DNA of 64,000 nt from Fistulifera solaris (GCA_030295235.1 AP026124.1:2046001-2110000); one strand, 5' to 3'. Positions 51,633-62,947 are shown, numbered from the stretch's first letter. Numbers and translations: made by a program. The notes: a model not told the origin generated them from the sequence alone.

Positions 51633-52518
51633 ATACTTTCAATAAAATTGAATACAGGTTTCTTCTGAAAAGCTCCTGTTAGAAGTCGCATCGATTTTTC
51701 ATGGCGATTCTTGGGGGTCGCTTTTAAAAGAAGTCTAGTTTTAGATACGAACGGTCGTAAAAACCGATACCAGAAAGCCATTAAATTGCGCTTACCTGGT
51801 ATGCTCGTAAAATTTCTTTCTGCTTATTCTATAAACTTCAAATCAAGCCCTTATCAAGGCTAAAAAGCAGCGAATGAAATACACGCATCAATTATTTAAG
51901 GCTGAAATGCGGATCGTCCTTTCTCGTAAAGTACTGAATCAAACCATTTCCCGAGTCAAAGTACGAGCACATGCTCACCAACGCCCATCCTTTCTGTTTC
52001 TTTGTCAGCTATGCACGCAACCAAAATTTACAGCGGAAAAAGTTGCGGATCGTTGTCTTACGTAATAATTAATACTGTAGTCGTAGAGTGTAGACGTAAC
52101 GTTACCACGACTTCCGTTCAGTCATGAATTAAAACGTTGCCTAAGCGAAAGCATGCCAACCAATTAGCATCTTTTTTACTCTGACTTTTAAAAAATGAAT
52201 TGACTTTAAGGCCATTAACAATATTTGCAACGCTTATCATGAATTACTTACTCTTACTGGAGGGCTGAAACGTATTCAACGTTCGACTCAAAGTTTACCA
52301 TGACTGGATAATCGCACCGCGTCTCGATCTTTCGTTTCCCGCGCGCCTCGCAGTTTTGTTCGAGCGTTTATGTTCATCGTCCTCTTCCTTCAAGGCATCA
52401 TTGGTCGCAACCCGACGCATTTTCGTCAATGCTCAGATGAATACACAGTCTTTTCAATAAATTGAAATTTAGACGATTCAAGAGCTATAGTTCCTTAGCC
52501 AGCAATTGTGTCGATACA

Positions 52519-54705
52519 ATGCCTCTTACCATCGAGCCACCGAAAAGACGAAAGGCCGCGGATCTGCTCCGGGAACAAGCAGACGACGAAGCCATAGCCG
52601 ACGGCCTCAACCAAGCCATGAAATCAGTTCTAACGATCGTATGAACTCACAATCTTTTATCGGTCAAGAGCTGGTTGAATTGCAGCTGCCACGAAGAAAC
52701 CCGAGCGAAACAATGACGAAACAAAGCAGTGCGAAAAGCACAAAGAGCGACCCTCTGCTCGCAACGTTCGCTAACAATAGAGGCAGCACGCAAACAAGTC
52801 ACCACACATTGTGCTTAGACACTCGTCACATTGATACAGAAACGGGAAGAGACGCGGGAAATGAAATCGTTCATGGATTTCAATCCTTGGTGAAATACTT
52901 GGACGCCCGAGGGGACCACTGTAACATCATTGCTACAACGAGAACTCCGAATGAAAGGCAAGGGAAATCTATGATAAATCCTGCTACGGTTCGTAACTCT
53001 CAAGTGTCGCAATTAAGTATTCCCATTCAAGGAGTTGCTTTGCATGAAATTTCACTTCCCTTGGAAAACGACGCGTCGGTCCCGGATGTAATATCCGCTG
53101 ACACATCCTGGAATTTGTTCGCGCGAATGAGTAAGTCTTTGTCACCTGACCTATTTCTCTCAGTTTTTTTTACAAGACTCAACATTTTGTACTAGTTGGG
53201 AAAATGCTTTCTGATCTAGACCAGCGATCGAAAGAGAATCAGAGCCTGCCTCTCGAGTTTACGATTCTGACTTCCGACATGGCTTTGTTTTCCGAGACAT
53301 GCCCCACAAAACACGTCGATTGCTTCAAACGATTTACACACAACATTAAGAATTTTTCTCCAACAAACCGAATATCTATCATTCGACTGATTGTAGCGGA
53401 AACGCACATGCTTGCCATCGGAACTGACCAATCGCCCACGGTAGAATCCGGTAGAGACGCCTATATGATGGCAATTGCAGATTGCATATCTGCGGTCAAA
53501 GGGGTCATGGATGAAACTGAAATCAATGGTTCACCAGCCTCGTCTACTTGTCAGCGTGTACAGTACAGCCTCACCTTGATAGATGGAAGCATTCCCAGCT
53601 TTAAAGCCTTGTCCTGCAAAATCTTCCGGGAGAGTATTGGCGTTTACGATTTACGCCGCCAAATTTCTTTCAACCTGCCGGAAACACCCGACGGGACACA
53701 CTGTCTCATGTACTTCGATATTTTCTTCCAAGTCTTTCCCTATAAGCTTGGTAGTCAGGAGGCTAAGGTTCTCGTCGATGACTTGCATCGACTTTCCCTC
53801 AGTACACTTGAGATCATCCAACTTTTGCCTATGTCTTGCGTGGACGCTAGCCTTCTCTACGGCGTGCCGTTCTCTGTCAATCCTGTCCTCGAGCAAAATT
53901 TTGATCGCAATGAAGAGACAGAGTGCTTGACAACTGTTTTCTTCCGATATTTGCAAGAACGAGACCTGTCGGTTATCTTGAGAGCTTCCAGTTCGGTGGG
54001 ACAGCCTGGCGGAATCGATCGACCTTACGGCGTTCAAAACTTTCTACTCATGCCACAAGAGTTCCCTGAAGCTATGAATACGCCTCCTCGTTCTGGACTT
54101 CTTTTCATTACGCCGAGGCAAACCAGCTCATAAGTGAAGCTGTCCAGATGAAATCAAATAAGAGTCTTGAAACCAACATGGCGGTACAGTATACGGAGTA
54201 CATCGAAAGCGCAATGTCAACACTGGATTGCAAGCCATTCAATCCACTCATCAGCGAGATAGAGCCACCCTCTGATGAAAACGCTGCCTCGATTGGCCTT
54301 AATACTGGCGTTCTCAAGAAATTTTTTGACTCATTCAACAATCTGGAAACGTTTGACTCTACTCGCTCCACTTCCCAAATCCAAATGAGCTTTGCTGAAA
54401 TAGATCAGCTGGACGCGAAACAAAACCCAACGGAGGTACTCAGCGTCAAGGAACTTGATAAAAGCCATAAGATGAAAAAGCGAATGCAAGCGACAAGAGC
54501 ACCATTTAATTCGCCACCGATTACGTGTCAAGTCGCAGAACATCCAATGGAAAGTGAAAACTCACCCCCAGCCACGAGCCAAGTCGCAGATCAGCCGATG
54601 AAAAGCGACAACTCTCCACCGTCCACAAGCCAAGTCGCAGATCATCTGATGGAAAGCGACAATGAGCAAGAGTTTTTGGAACGTGAATCACGAAGCAAAC
54701 TCTGA
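52519..54705 (+). CDS. Hypothetical protein, M1AP (meiosis 1 arrest protein)-like
   Basis: LEIIQLLPMSCVDASLLYGVPFSV.P...FFRYLQERDLSVILR...FLLMP...YIESAMSTLDCKPFNPL resembles the M1AP C-terminal half as I recall it. Intron 53131-53195; frameshifts near 52620 and 54100. Confidence 0.5.
54510..54663. repeat. Three 51-bp coding repeats (SPPxTxQVAxxxMxSxN)
   Basis: caagtcgcaga recurs at a 51-bp period in the C-terminus of the M1AP-like ORF. Confidence 0.8.
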
Positions 54706-54865
54706 TATAGAGCTCGTCAAGCCCACTTTCGAGTGCCATGTGTGACTTCTAGACCCAGGCTCAGCAATTAGTCAGCCCGTATAATCTTCTCATAAAGATA
54801 TGCTGCATTTCAGTTTTTGATATTCTTGTGATGAATGTTTTCAATTATGAGTAAACGAGTTGAAT

Positions 54866-56038
54866 TCAGACCTCGGAAGAGTCACTTGAGTCTTGCGTTG
54901 CAATCGTGCTAGCGACAGAATCATTATCACCACGAAACGAAAAATGCGCTTTTACGGCAACCCCAACTCCACACTGATCAATATTCAAAAAAAGCCTTCT
55001 TATTGAAGGTAGCCAAGGCCAAAAGGAACCAGATGCCGTGTCAAGGAACGCTCTTTCCTTACTTGAAGTGTATTGGTGAGGTACCATCACATCCATCGCA
55101 CGCTTTTGTGTTTCTAGCAACTCCAGTGCCTCCTTTTCATTTTTCTCGATGATGTTCAATAAAGAGGATATTTTGGCATGTGCTGCACGAGAAGATAAGT
55201 CCGTGGCGTAGTTTTGGTGAGAGGCCGGAAGATACAAAGGAGATAATGCCGACGTATAGTCCATTGTTTGCGGAATGAGTTGCACATTCACCACTAAGCG
55301 GGCATCTTTTAAGAGACCAACTTCTTTCTGAGCATCCAAGGAGTTCTCTGGTACCCGAACAGGCAGATTCAATAAAAAGCTCCCGGTCTCTTGATGTCCA
55401 AAGATAACCAGAAATGCAACACCATGGATTTCTCTGCTGTCTTCTTCCTCGGTGACTCTTAGTTTGATCGTCATTTCAATGATCTCCGGAAGAAGAGCCT
55501 TAGAACTTGACCACATCGCACCGTTACTTTGGTACGGCGAGTCATCAGGACACGGATGTGTGCTCTTTGCGCTACAAGTGTCGCAAGCTCTCGAAGCGTT
55601 TAAAGCATTTTCGTCATATGTTTCCTCCAACACAAAACGGTTTGATCTCGACAAAGATATGATTTGTGCTTGTTGCGACACTGGCACTGTCAAAGACACG
55701 TGCGGAAGATAATCTTTCGGAGATGACCGATTCTTGTCGAACCACGATGCCGAAAGGGGTGAAGTTTCATTGCCACCAACCATGTTCATGGGCTGCGATT
55801 CAACCATCAATCGTCCTGAAGTGCTACACAGTGTAGACGATGCCACTTCCATATCAGTAGCAGAGCTTGTAAAGGCAACTGCTGCAGTTACGTCCCGATT
55901 GTTCAAAATATCTCGATTCACTTGGATGCCATGAAGTGTGTGCACCGTCAGCTCGACTTTCATGATGCCACATTCATTTTGCGATAATGAAGTCGTCATC
56001 TTTTCAAGGCATCCCAATAAGTTGAGGTACGATATCAA
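54866..56038 (-). CDS. Hypothetical protein (C2-like beta-rich N-terminal region)
   Basis: 390-aa intact ORF with VELTVHTLHGI, IIEMTIKL and HGVAFLVIFG...LNLPV. First ATG probably near 55999. Confidence 0.6.
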   Translation of the reverse strand: MISYLNLLGCLEKMTTSLSQNECGIMKVELTVHTLHGIQVNRDILNNRDVTAAVAFTSSATDMEVASSTLCSTSGRLMVESQPMNMVGGNETSPLSASWFDKNRSSPKDYLPHVSLTVPVSQQAQIISLSRSNRFVLEETYDENALNASRACDTCSAKSTHPCPDDSPYQSNGAMWSSSKALLPEIIEMTIKLRVTEEEDSREIHGVAFLVIFGHQETGSFLLNLPVRVPENSLDAQKEVGLLKDARLVVNVQLIPQTMDYTSALSPLYLPASHQNYATDLSSRAAHAKISSLLNIIEKNEKEALELLETQKRAMDVMVPHQYTSSKERAFLDTASGSFWPWLPSIRRLFLNIDQCGVGVAVKAHFSFRGDNDSVASTIATQDSSDSSEV

Positions 56039-56422
56039 TAATAATCAGAGATGACAGATGAGCGATGAATTCTAAGAAAGATCCACTGACTAGATTTTGC
56101 AACGGATGGAATAAATCTTCCAAAAAATGAGCCTTGGATCAACCAAACGTCCTCAATACACTGGAACAACATTAAGGCTAAGGTGTTTTCAAAAGTATGG
56201 TCTATTATGTACAATCCATGTAATATCCGACACGAAGCACAAAATTGCTATTAAATCAGTACTGTCGCATCCGTTGAATTTTTGTCCATCTGGTTCAAGC
56301 GAGAGGATGAAAGGCTAAGGGGGAGAAGTAGACTACCGGTACCAGGTAATTAACTTAGACATAAGAAAACTTTCAAATAGGAACGGAGAAGGTAAACAAA
56401 GTCAGCTGACGCTTGTAACTAT

Positions 56423-57802
56423 TTAGCTGCACCGTACTTGGAATATCCCCGACTTCGCTATGTTTCGGACGCCCTTGTAAGGATGATAACTTTCTCTGGT
56501 GACCGAAAGGCCACTTACGGTTAACCCTGACACAGAGGCTAATGGGATTTTCCAATGCAAAGATAAATGTGGTGGATCGAGTGCTTCTTCTTCACCAGCC
56601 TTGGGCGATACGAACGAGAAGGAACATGTCAAAGATGCCTTTTTGCTGGCATCCATTTTCCCTAAATTCCAACGAAGCACTTTGGCGGCTTCGTTGTACA
56701 CCGCCGTTCCAAAATCGACTCGTAAATTTGATGTAGATCTAGTTTGTCGCGGAAAAGGAATGTTAACGCAAAAGTCTTCCACCACAACCGGGCCTTTGTG
56801 ACTCGGCGAGAAGACGAGACTGCTGAGTGTCGTGACACCGGCATGAAGTGTTACTCGACCCATCCGCATATCTCCCGACGTAGTTGACCGATCTCCGTAG
56901 TTCCATTTCGGATGACAAAAGACAGGAGGGTTGAGCGAACGAACTTTTTCGGGCACAATGCGGTAGCTCATGAGCTCGAAATTTCCATCCGGCGGAACAA
57001 ATGAAACAACGGAATCCTCCTCATACCGTGAGTATCGCACACACGGATGAAAGCTCCAGTCATCAATGATAGTAGGATCTTTGAAGGTGAGTAGTAAATC
57101 GGGAACACCCGAAAGTTGGCATTGACATTGAATACTCCCACTGACATCCGACGAAATGACGGCACCCGAGGCATCGACAATCGCATCGACTTCTTCACAA
57201 ATGTCTACATATATCTCATTCTGACTGTAAGAAACATCCGCCGTCCGCCAAGGCATATTGCTGACAGTCCCGCTCGGTAATTCATCGCTCACCACCGTCG
57301 TGCTCTGGAGCAATTTGCTCATGACCGTGGGAGGACGAATCATGGCTTTGAGGGCGTTTGGTTCGGTCGTGAGCGGCCAGCCGTAATCCACCATTTCTTC
57401 CAGTAACTGATACACCGTAGAGAAGTTGTCCTTAATGGCCGACTCATCGGCCGGAAATCCAAAGTAGTCGACAAAAATGTCGGCGACCCGATGCAAGAAC
57501 TCCAAAATAAGAAGGGGACTGACTTCCGCCGGACACACCGCCAGATAGCTAAGACCGTCCCGTAAACAGCTAATGACGTACAAGGTCCCTTGATCGGATC
57601 CGGGAACCTCCATCACGGGAGGCACACTGTCGTAGAGTTCTTCATGGTCGGAAATGGCCGAGACTCCGCCGTGATGATTGATCGATGCGGAAGCGCGGTC
57701 CCAAAACGTGTCACAAACACTTCGAGATGTCACGACACCTCGAAAGTGTCGCTCAATCAAGACTTCTCCCGTGGGAGAGAGAATGAAGAGAGACTGAATC
57801 AT
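56423..57802 (-). CDS. AP3M: AP-3 adaptor complex mu subunit
   Basis: MIQSLFIL...GEVLIERHFR, IKDNFSTVYQLLEEMVDYGWPLTTEPNALK, MPWR..V.YSQNEIYVD, SFHPCVRY, SFVPPDGNF.L and YKGVR. Confidence 0.93.
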   Translation of the reverse strand: MIQSLFILSPTGEVLIERHFRGVVTSRSVCDTFWDRASASINHHGGVSAISDHEELYDSVPPVMEVPGSDQGTLYVISCLRDGLSYLAVCPAEVSPLLILEFLHRVADIFVDYFGFPADESAIKDNFSTVYQLLEEMVDYGWPLTTEPNALKAMIRPPTVMSKLLQSTTVVSDELPSGTVSNMPWRTADVSYSQNEIYVDICEEVDAIVDASGAVISSDVSGSIQCQCQLSGVPDLLLTFKDPTIIDDWSFHPCVRYSRYEEDSVVSFVPPDGNFELMSYRIVPEKVRSLNPPVFCHPKWNYGDRSTTSGDMRMGRVTLHAGVTTLSSLVFSPSHKGPVVVEDFCVNIPFPRQTRSTSNLRVDFGTAVYNEAAKVLRWNLGKMDASKKASLTCSFSFVSPKAGEEEALDPPHLSLHWKIPLASVSGLTVSGLSVTRESYHPYKGVRNIAKSGIFQVRCS

Positions 57803-58223
57803 TCTTTACTTTATAAACAGACACCTCTTTGTAATGTGCTTGTCAATAAGAACGTACCAGTTAGATACGCAAAACGTAGTTGGCGGATGAAAAAGGCGAA
57901 AATACGTAGTAAGGTTATGCGAAATCCCCGTCCGCAGCGTACAGCGTACAGTACCTGAAGCATCAAAAACTGATAGTGTGAAGTTTCACTGTACCTGAAA
58001 TAGCAGATCAATGTCGTACCAGGTACTGTGCGACTTGGCATCACGACGAAAAAATGAGCATCGCGACGGCAATGCTGGGCAATATAACCAGAAATTCATT
58101 CTCCAATTGGAACAAGCAGCGAAAAAGGCTCGTTTTACTGCAAGAACGACATTCTTACGGCTGCCGAGCTAGCGATTGCCTTTTCGGCGCAATTCCTTTT
58201 AAAAATCACGTGTTCTCGCCGTC

Positions 58224-58976
58224 ATGCACCAAATTTCGCACTTCTTTGCTATTCTTTCTTCCTGCGCTTTCACAACCGGGTTTGTAACACCACTAACGAC
58301 TCGACAATCAACACAATCCACGGCTTTGTTTGGCATTCCGATCCCTGTCTTTCCCTTGCGGAGAACCGTACGTTTGCCGACCGAGTCTTTGACACTGAAT
58401 TTGTACGAAGAGCGCTACTTGAAGTTGGCGGAGTATGTCTTGCAGCAAGAACATCCTTACTTTGGAGCCATTTACAGTTCGAATAAACCGCAAATTGTGC
58501 GCAACGGAACAGGTCCGATCGTTCCTTTGTTCGAGCGTGGGGATGTGGGGGTACTTTTCTTGGTGCTGGATTCCGAAGAAAGTATGATTCCGACGCGTGG
58601 CGGTATTCCGCGTCGTCGTATCCGATTGGTAGCTCGAGGCTCGGTTCGCTTTCAAATTGAGAAAATCTTGGAAAATGGATACGATGATTCGTCCTTTATT
58701 TTGGTGGAGGGGAATGTATTCACGGACCAGTCGACAGCTGACGAAGAAAATTGCTCGCCAGATTTCGTAGACTTGGCCAGGACCACTCAAGCAGCCTTGA
58801 ACATAGATGCGATCCTTGAGCAGTCGCTCTCTTTGGAACTTGCATCATTTGATACAGTTTCACAACAACTTCCTGACGGACGCTTCCGAGAGCGCCTGCA
58901 AGCAATTCATTGTCGAAACACCCAGGAACGATTGAGCGAGCCAGCGGAAAAGTTGGTGTTCAGGTGGTGGCGATGA
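58224..58976 (+). CDS. LON peptidase N-terminal (substrate-binding) domain protein, probably plastid-targeted
   Basis: IPVFPL...LPTESLTLNLYEERY, ARGSVRFQI and RLQAI...TQERL; signal peptide plus GFVTP. Confidence 0.8.
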   Translation: MHQISHFFAILSSCAFTTGFVTPLTTRQSTQSTALFGIPIPVFPLRRTVRLPTESLTLNLYEERYLKLAEYVLQQEHPYFGAIYSSNKPQIVRNGTGPIVPLFERGDVGVLFLVLDSEESMIPTRGGIPRRRIRLVARGSVRFQIEKILENGYDDSSFILVEGNVFTDQSTADEENCSPDFVDLARTTQAALNIDAILEQSLSLELASFDTVSQQLPDGRFRERLQAIHCRNTQERLSEPAEKLVFRWWR

Positions 58977-59476
58977 CACGTCCTTTCATTCAAGTTCAAA
59001 ATCATAGCTTCATCAACGCTGTCAGATTCTGGATCATTCAAAACTACGAGAGATTGGCAAAATTTATCCGCTCTCAAGCGAACGAGTTGTTTGAAAGGCT
59101 TATCACATTTCAGGAAGCATGCATGATTAATCAATTCATGGCAGTATGCTCTCAATCATCTGTTGAGCTTTAGCTTGAGTTCATAAAGGTTTGAAGTAGT
59201 ATATCCACAACTAAAAATGTATCAATAAGTCTATTTGCTCACCTGGTACAGTGCGGTACGGTACGGGTACCGGGTACCTTAGTCTTCTATCTTCTCCTCT
59301 AGGCACAGTCCCACCGTCGTCCGTACTGACATCGATCCAACATCCAACCGTTTGCTTTTTCTTTTTTTTTCTTTTTTTATTGACCCTTTTGTCACGGGGA
59401 AGTCCTCTTTCCTTTATTATCTCATCCCATTTCGTTTACTTGCCCATAGTATTCATTTAGTATCGATTTCCGCATC

Positions 59477-61719
59477 ATGCCAAAGACGAAAGCCAAAGAA
59501 GAAATCACGAAAGAGACTCAACAATCTTCTGCCGATGATTCATTTCAAAGACTGCCTCTCTCGAGTGGCGTTCTCGAATACATCCAGGAACAAAATTTTA
59601 CTCGCATGACACCGGTACAAGCTGCTACCATTCCGCTTTTCCTTGCCTCAAAAGATGTCGCCGTTCAAGCTGTTACAGGCTCCGGCAAAACTCTAGCTTT
59701 TCTTATTCCTGTCGTTGAAGCGATTTTGCGCAAAAAGTTCAAAAAACACCAAGCGGGTGCTTTGATTTTGTCGCCGACCCGCGAGTTGGCGCAACAGACC
59801 CACGCTGTAGCTGCAGCACTGTGCAGACATTGTCAATTAAAGGAACCGCTGCTGCTGGTGGGTGGCTCTTCGGCGGCCAGTAGTTCGGCTTCCACGAGAC
59901 CGGTGACGGCCGACTTGCAATCCTTTCAAGAGATCGGTCACGACATTTTGATCGGAACACCGGGCCGTGTAGAGGACATTTTGACCAAGTATAGCGTCAT
60001 TGATACCTCTGAACTTGAGTATTTGATTTTGGATGAGGCAGATGTCTTATTGAATTTGGGATTTGCCATTACGCTGCAAAGTATTCTGAAGAGGCTTCCG
60101 AAAATGAGACGGACGGGTCTTTTCAGTGCAACCACCTCTTGTACAAATACAAGTCTGAAGGAATGGATGGGGCGAGCTGGTTTGCGTAACCCAGTGTGGA
60201 TTGATGTAGCAGTAACGACCAATGTTGCTGAGACGCGAACGGCCCAGGCGACTCCTACATCACTCACCAACTACTTTTTGGTGTGCCCGTTGGACGAGAA
60301 GCTATCAAGATTGGCTGTTTTCCTGCAAGACCATAGCTCCGAAAAAAATCATCGTGTTTTGTCTCACTTGTGCATGTGTCGATTTTTATGGCAATGCTTT
60401 GAAAGTTTTGCTCCCAACCGTATCGATCGAGCCATTGCACGGGAAAATGGTCCAAAAGCGCCGTGAGAAATCCATGGAACGATTTCGAAGTGACGCGGAA
60501 GGAGGAACTTTACTGTGTACTGATGTGGCAGCTCGGGGGCTGGATGTATCAAACGTGAACTGGGTGGTGCAGTTCGATGCCCCACAGGATCCGGCCTTTT
60601 ACGTTCACCGTGTAGGTCGATCGGCACGAGCTGGAAAATCCGGAAATAGTCTATTGTTTTTGACGAGGAAAGAAGAAGCGTATGTGGACTTGTTAAAAAT
60701 GAGAAAGGTGCCTCTTTCTCCCTTGCCTTCATCGGAACGATGCAGTCCCTTATCCTTGAAAATAATGTAGAAGAGGGGACTGAGAAGGAGGCAACAAAAC
60801 GCAAGGCAGACAAATCAAAAGAAGAGGAACCCACAAAAGGCACTATCCGTTGCGCTGATGGAAGTGAAATCGAAGACATTCTTCCCAAAGTAAAGGATCT
60901 TGTGCTGACCGATCGTGATTTTCTGGAAAAGGTACGAAGGCCTTCACCTCGTACATTCGAGCCTATAAGGAACATCATTGTTCTTTCATTTTCAGGTAAG
61001 CCATTATTTCTTGATTCTTTTCACGCATGGGCGTGCCATTGTGCATTCACTGAACGCCTCCTAAAATGGGAGACGATGTAGTGTTTGGGCTGTGCCGTAG
61101 AGTGCAAAACGATGTTGGACCTGCCGATGATCATCAGTCATTGCTTGTTCCGGGTAGATATCCCTATGTGTGACGTTCTCAGACTCATGAAGGAACCCAA
61201 TGCCCCAACACACCTTATGCTTACCAATACCTTTGTCTTGTATTGGTTCACAGATTCGCTTCCTTGGATTTAGGCTTACTGGCGACAGCGTTCTGTCTGT
61301 TACGATTGCCCAAAATGCCGGAGCTGCAAGACGTTTTACAGAAACACAAGGGTAAACTGCCACGTTTTCAACCCGCGGGTCGTGAAGTTGATATTTTCGC
61401 CATTCCGTATCGTGATAAGGTTCGCGAAACCGCCCGCCAAAAGCGTTTACTGCAGGAGCAGGAAGCCGGAGGTAAGAACGCGAAGCAGTTGCAAGCCGAA
61501 CAGAAAAAGGCCGAAAAAGAGCGCAAATTGCAAGAGAGACGCCAAAAGGCCATGGAAAAGGGTCGAAATCCAGATAAGAAGCGTGGTCGTAATGCTCGTA
61601 TTGTAGATGAGTGGGACGATTTGGCCAAGGAGGAAAGATTGTACAAAAAGTTACGTAAAGGCAAAATCACCAAGGAGGATTTGGAAAAGAGCTTAATGAA
61701 GAATAAGCGTATAAATTAA
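59477..61719 (+). CDS. DDX55: DEAD-box RNA helicase DDX55/SPB4
   Basis: [78 protein letters not shown] and [13 protein letters not shown]. Intron 60996-61253; frameshifts. Confidence 0.95.
61023..61213 (+). ncRNA. Intronic H/ACA RNA, U17/snR30-like
   Basis: 5' hairpin, H box AAACGA (61107-61112), internal hairpin (61117-61151), 3' hairpin carrying m1-like ATATCCCTA (61158-61166) and m2-like AACCCAAT (61194-61201), and ACA (61208-61210). Confidence 0.6.
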
Positions 61720-61843
61720 AACTCCAGGCAATAGTTTTACTAATTATGAAGTTAATAAGTAGAAAGTGTACAGTCTGCTGGTGGATTAAGGAGATAGAAA
61801 GGAAAAAATATTTTTTTAAAAGAGATTTCAATCGGTTTTCAAG

Positions 61844-62947
61844 TTATGAAGTTTCTACAACGCTTAAAATCTGCGGATGGGACCGGAGGATCGAGAAAAT
61901 AGCATTGACATCATCTCGAATCGTCAATCCTACAATTTGCAGCAAACCGTTTCTTGTAAGTTTTTCGTCTCGAAGGATTCGCTTTCGATCCGCAACATTT
62001 AGTTTTGTGAATGAGTCGATTCCAAACTGTACCCGATCTCGGATTTCGAGGTCAAACATATTGACACATTCATCACTCAACGAAATAACATTACCGTAAG
62101 ATGGTGATTCGTCTTCGGTAATCATATTAAAATACTTGACATAATACTGATGCTCCATGGCCCGCAAGATACTGTCGTAACCCCGCATGGAGCGGGTCCG
62201 ATGCCGTCCACCCAAATCGATTGATTCTAGAGTACAATTGCGTGTCAATTCTTCCGCGACAACCTCGAAATCATCGTCCGACAAAGCCATATTCCGCAAG
62301 ACGAGATGTTGCAGTGATTTGTAGCGAAAAATCGTTTGCAAGTGGTCAGCACGAATTATAGAAGAATTCTCACGCCAAGGTTTCGACCTTTGGATCACAA
62401 GTCGTTTCAAGTTGGGCAGTTGTGTCAGAATTCTGGCGAACCGATCTGCGACAATTGTGTCGGATTCATGTCTGCCCTGTCTTCGAAAGGTGACATCGGT
62501 AAGAACAACTTCTTCGATGGAAGGAGGGATGCTCAGTTGAAGTAAAGGAAAAAGTATAGGCGACATGAACCCAAATTGGACATGCCGGGAAACACAGAAA
62601 AATTTCAAGTTTTTCATCGATGGACTCATCCATTGTAAAACATCTTCCAGCATGACCGTAAAGACTCCCGTCAACGATGCGGTGATTTCTATGGCTTCTA
62701 GATTCGTCATACGATGCACTAGTTGTATGACGTCACTCCAAGCGCACTGTTCTCGGTTCGCAATCACCACCGCATACAAATGGTTGAGAGCTTCTCCGTT
62801 GACTTTGAGCATTTTAATGCCTCGCACATCTTCCATGCGGACCCACGCCTGGAACCCCTCGACATCGATCCTTGTATTCGAAGGTATAGAGAAGTTGGCT
62901 GTTGGTTGAGTGATGAAATTCGTTACAATCGATAGTAGCGTTGTCAT
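61844..62947 (-). CDS. RNI-like leucine-rich repeat protein
   Basis: LPNLKRLVIQ, SLQHLVLRNMALSDDDF..VAEELTRNCTLESIDL, and a C-terminal KLNVADRKRIL...AIFSILRSHP. Confidence 0.75.
   Translation of the reverse strand: MTTLLSIVTNFITQPTANFSIPSNTRIDVEGFQAWVRMEDVRGIKMLKVNGEALNHLYAVVIANREQCAWSDVIQLVHRMTNLEAIEITASLTGVFTVMLEDVLQWMSPSMKNLKFFCVSRHVQFGFMSPILFPLLQLSIPPSIEEVVLTDVTFRRQGRHESDTIVADRFARILTQLPNLKRLVIQRSKPWRENSSIIRADHLQTIFRYKSLQHLVLRNMALSDDDFEVVAEELTRNCTLESIDLGGRHRTRSMRGYDSILRAMEHQYYVKYFNMITEDESPSYGNVISLSDECVNMFDLEIRDRVQFGIDSFTKLNVADRKRILRDEKLTRNGLLQIVGLTIRDDVNAIFSILRSHPQILSVVETS

Noticed and set aside
61100..61210. TPP riboswitch on the minus strand of the DDX55 intron (CTGAGA present)
   Set aside because: It lacks the downstream ACCTGA / TAATGC..GCG.AGG core and is antisense to the host gene. 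The H/ACA reading on the plus strand fits better.
29429..61719. Functional cluster of ribosome-biogenesis genes (Mpp10, EngB, NSUN6-like, DDX55)
   Set aside because: They are interspersed with unrelated genes and act in different compartments, which is compatible with chance.
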